A stretch of 64,000 bases of DNA from Chrysomallon squamiferum (lineage: Eukaryota; Animalia; Mollusca). Made by a program: the position numbers and the translations under genes. The stretch is taken from NCBI GenBank assembly GCA_012295275.1, contig CM022668.1, forward strand, positions 10,850,001-10,914,000, in the 5' to 3' direction. Positions 60,593 to 64,000 of this stretch are shown here, piece after piece (position 1 is the stretch's first letter; each line of letters begins with the position of its first letter). The notes beneath the pieces were generated by a model that did no database searches, was not told the DNA's origin, and saw only the letters and a list, made by a program, of their open reading frames with translations.

Positions 60593-61260
60593 AATAGTAA
60601 GACAGGACCTAAAAACATCAGTACAATAAAAGAATATTAACTTAATCGTAATACTGATAACAAAATAATACATAAATATTTGTTGCTGTTATTATTATCT
60701 TTCTTATTGTATAATGTATGTGAACGTATATGCATGAATATATTTAAGTGTGTGTGTGTGTGTGTCTGTGTGTGTGTGTGTATGGTGGGCGCGCTCGTAT
60801 ATTTGTGTATACGATTGTGTCTCTATGGCTATATATAGAGCTATATCTATATTAAATAGTTAATACAAATTCACACACGACATACATACATAGATACATA
60901 CATACATACACACACACACATACATATATACATACATGCATACATATATGCATACATACATACATACAGATATACATACACTACCTTCAGGGTATGCATG
61001 CGTGTGCTTACAGGTGTATTTTTGTGTTTGTATATGTATGCTTTACTAAATTATGTATGTTTACCTGATTTTTCTATATAACTACTTGTGTTTTGTGTGT
61101 GTGTTTGTACATATATATATATGTATATATATCAGCGAATGTTTGTAAGAGCGTTACTTTTTATATATGTATAAAGGATATTTTTCAACTAATTAGTAAA
61201 TAAGTAAATAAACAACAATAATAATCATATTAATAGTAGTAGTAATAATAATAATAATAA

Positions 61261-61291
<31 letters not shown>

Positions 61292-61563
61292 AAGAAGACG
61301 ACGAATATGAAAGAAAAGGAAAAGAAAAATGTAAATAAACATTAACATTTTAGGAGTTAACTTTTTAAACTTTACAGTTCTAAGTGAACTAAGTATTATT
61401 TCCCGGATACATTAATCTTGTTAACAAAACTAATATACTTTTATTAACCTTTGAAAAATATTTAAAAGACTGATTCAGTTATCAGGTTCTGGGAAGTACA
61501 GGCATACTGATGATGTTTCCTGAAACAAATTACAGACAGCTGATTGCTCTTCTTTTTGTTATG

Positions 61564-61611
<48 letters not shown>

Positions 61612-62241
61612 TTTATTAACCTGTATCTTAATTTTCTGTTGATGTTTTATTCTTTCTTTTAGCTTCCTTTCCTTCTTTTGTTTATTTACTTATTTATTTA
61701 TTTTATAATATAATATTTAATTTAGTTATTTAGTTTAAAAACAAACAAAAAAGAGTATATTTAAAAGAATCAAAGACTGAAATAAAATTTCTTGTGAATT
61801 CTTGAATTAACAAACTAATTTATTTATTTATTATTTTATTAATTTATTTTTGTTCTTACTTTGATCAATTCAACATGTTGAAATTCACTACTGTAAATAT
61901 ACATTTGACTTTTTACTAGCAACACACACTGTTATACAGTATAACTTTCTTGATTTTTACTCTTTTCTACTACTACTACTGTTATCTTTATTTATTTATT
62001 TACTTACTTACTTATTTAATTATTTATTTCTTTTTCTCCTTCAGATGGCAAACAAAATATAAGAAGGAAAGCATGATGAATAATTTATTAAAAATAAGAA
62101 ATATTATACATTAGAACAATTGCTATTACGTTATGATCCTTGTGGTTGCATGCGTCTATGGCCGAAAGTTTAATTTCTTGACCTCTTTTAGTTTTTGAAG
62201 TAATGATCAGCTTCATTCTTCTGTTAGTTCCATTTGATTAA

Positions 62242-62308
<67 letters not shown>

Positions 62309-62379
62309 TGCACATGCAAACACTCAAACATGCGCGCACACTCACACAGGTACACACCTTCGTTTGAATTAGCCTCTTA

Positions 62380-63100
62380 TGGAAGTAATGATCAACTTAT
62401 GTGTAATTTGGCATATTTAACTTCTCGTAGAAGTAATTTTAAAAGTTTTAGATAAATCACGTATATTTTATATTGTAAATGACTTCCATTTGTATTAACT
62501 TCTCGTAAAATTTATGTCATTAATATTTGTAAGTCACATATATTTGTTTCAAGTTCTTATAATAGTTATGATGAAAGTTTATGTAATTCATGTACGTTTG
62601 TGTTAACTTCTCATAGAACTGACGTTAAACTTATTTGCAAGTCACATACGTTTGTACTGATTTCTCATAGAAAACGTGTTATATGTTTGTGTTTGTGACA
62701 TACATGGTGTAAACATACATATAGGTCGCGTACGTTTGGTTTAACCTCTCATACAAGTAAAGTTACAAGTGTCCGTTAGTCACGTACGTCTCAATTAATC
62801 TCTCATGAAAATAATGATAAAAGTATAAATAATTGTGGTATATTTGTTTTAATTTCTAACAGTGTCTGTCACGTACGTTTACATTAACGGCTCACTTAAG
62901 TCACGAGAAAAGTATGTGTAAGTCACGTAGATTTGTCAAGGAATGACCTTATACGTGTTTGTCAAACACGTATGTTTGTATAAATATATGACAAAAGTAA
63001 TTTTTAACTTGTATACAAGTCGCATACGTTTGTGTTAACCTCTCATAGAAGACCCTTTATAATAAATTCAATGCATGTGTGTTGTGGTTAACTCTTCATA
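62380..63100. repeat. Degenerate ~50-54 bp minisatellite 3' of gene E
   Basis: Repeated gtcacgtacgtttg..ttaacttctcatagaa units, homologous to 48940-49690. Confidence 0.7.
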
Positions 63101-63198
63101 ATGTATATGATAAAAATATATGTATATGGTGTATATAATGATACAGTGGACGTATCAGTGAAGATGTTATGTGACTCGTATATGTCCATAGTAACTGT

Positions 63199-63559
63199 TC
63201 ATGCATGAGACAAGGAAAATGTCGGGTTATCATTTGAGTTATCATTCGGGTTAATATTCGAGTTTAATATAGCCTCTGTGTGTACATTCTGGGAAGTACT
63301 CGTTTTAATTATTTTATCTTTTGAGTCTTGTTCAGGTTTCTGTTCACTGATGAACATTCTGCTTAGCTGTCTCTTCATATTCTGACTCATTCGTCGAATA
63401 AACTTCATTTTATTTTTCCACAACCTTCTTCTCCTTATTTCATAAATAAATAAATAAATACGTAAGTAAGTAAATAGCTAAATAAACAATGAACCAACTA
63501 ACCAACCAAAAAAACCGCCAAAAAACAATGAATGAATGAATGAATGAATGAATAAATCA

Positions 63560-63658
<99 letters not shown>

Positions 63659-63848
63659 TAACAAGAGAAATCACCTCACAATGAAGACGATGTAGACTAC
63701 AGGAATGAGAACAATGAGAATGGCCAGCACTGAGATAATTGCTATACTTTCCTGATCCAAACCTGACGGACCAATAATCAGAGCTAAAATAGAATTATGA
63801 CTATCAGTGATTATGTATGATAGCTCTTACTAATAATAATAATAATAA

Positions 63849-63879
<31 letters not shown>

Positions 63880-64000
63880 AACACCAACAACAACAACAAC
63901 AACAACGATTGATAAGTACCACACAAACCCCAGTTACACGTCTGTGAGACGTTGGTGACGTTTCCACCAGGACAGACTACTTCCTGGTCAGTGATGTTTG
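63199..64000 (-). CDS. Gene E (3' part): paralog of gene C; last TSR exon, TM exon and cytoplasmic tail
   Basis: TSR exon >64000-63920 nearly identical to C 51240-51161; TM 63783-63675 (IAIISVLAILIVLIPVVYIVFIV); tail 63433-63199 ending NDNPTFSLSHA*. Confidence 0.85.

Overview
AT-rich, microsatellite-dense animal DNA; a mollusc/cephalopod origin is my inference from composition only. The window is almost entirely a head-to-tail, minus-strand tandem cluster of a multi-exon gene family that the ORF track fragments. Splicing the exons by hand gives type I membrane proteins: signal peptide, 1-2 F-type (fucolectin/FTLD) lectin domains, 4-5 thrombospondin type-1 repeats (TSR), a transmembrane helix and a cytoplasmic tail. 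Gene A (<1-10670) is SP-TSR-FTLD-FTLD-4xTSR-TM with a tail of 23-aa Tyr-containing repeats that runs off the window. Three recent ~10-12 kb segmental copies follow: B1 (13957-24021, internal 3-exon duplication and two nonsense codons), B2 (26074-34168, two small frameshifts) and B3 (36283-44934, intact, ~683 aa). Gene C (49783-55704) is SP-FTLD-5xTSR-TM-tail, ~582 aa. A decayed paralog D (56933-60592) and the 3' end of paralog E (63199->64000) complete the array. Amino-acid divergence between B copies is concentrated in one lectin exon, all intact domain exons are phase 1-1 cassettes, and the three subfamilies carry unrelated tails. This looks like a birth-and-death family of variable glycan-recognition receptors. 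Also present are hAT transposase remnants, pogo/Tigger-like MITEs, an Academ-like fragment and clustered CRE palindromes.
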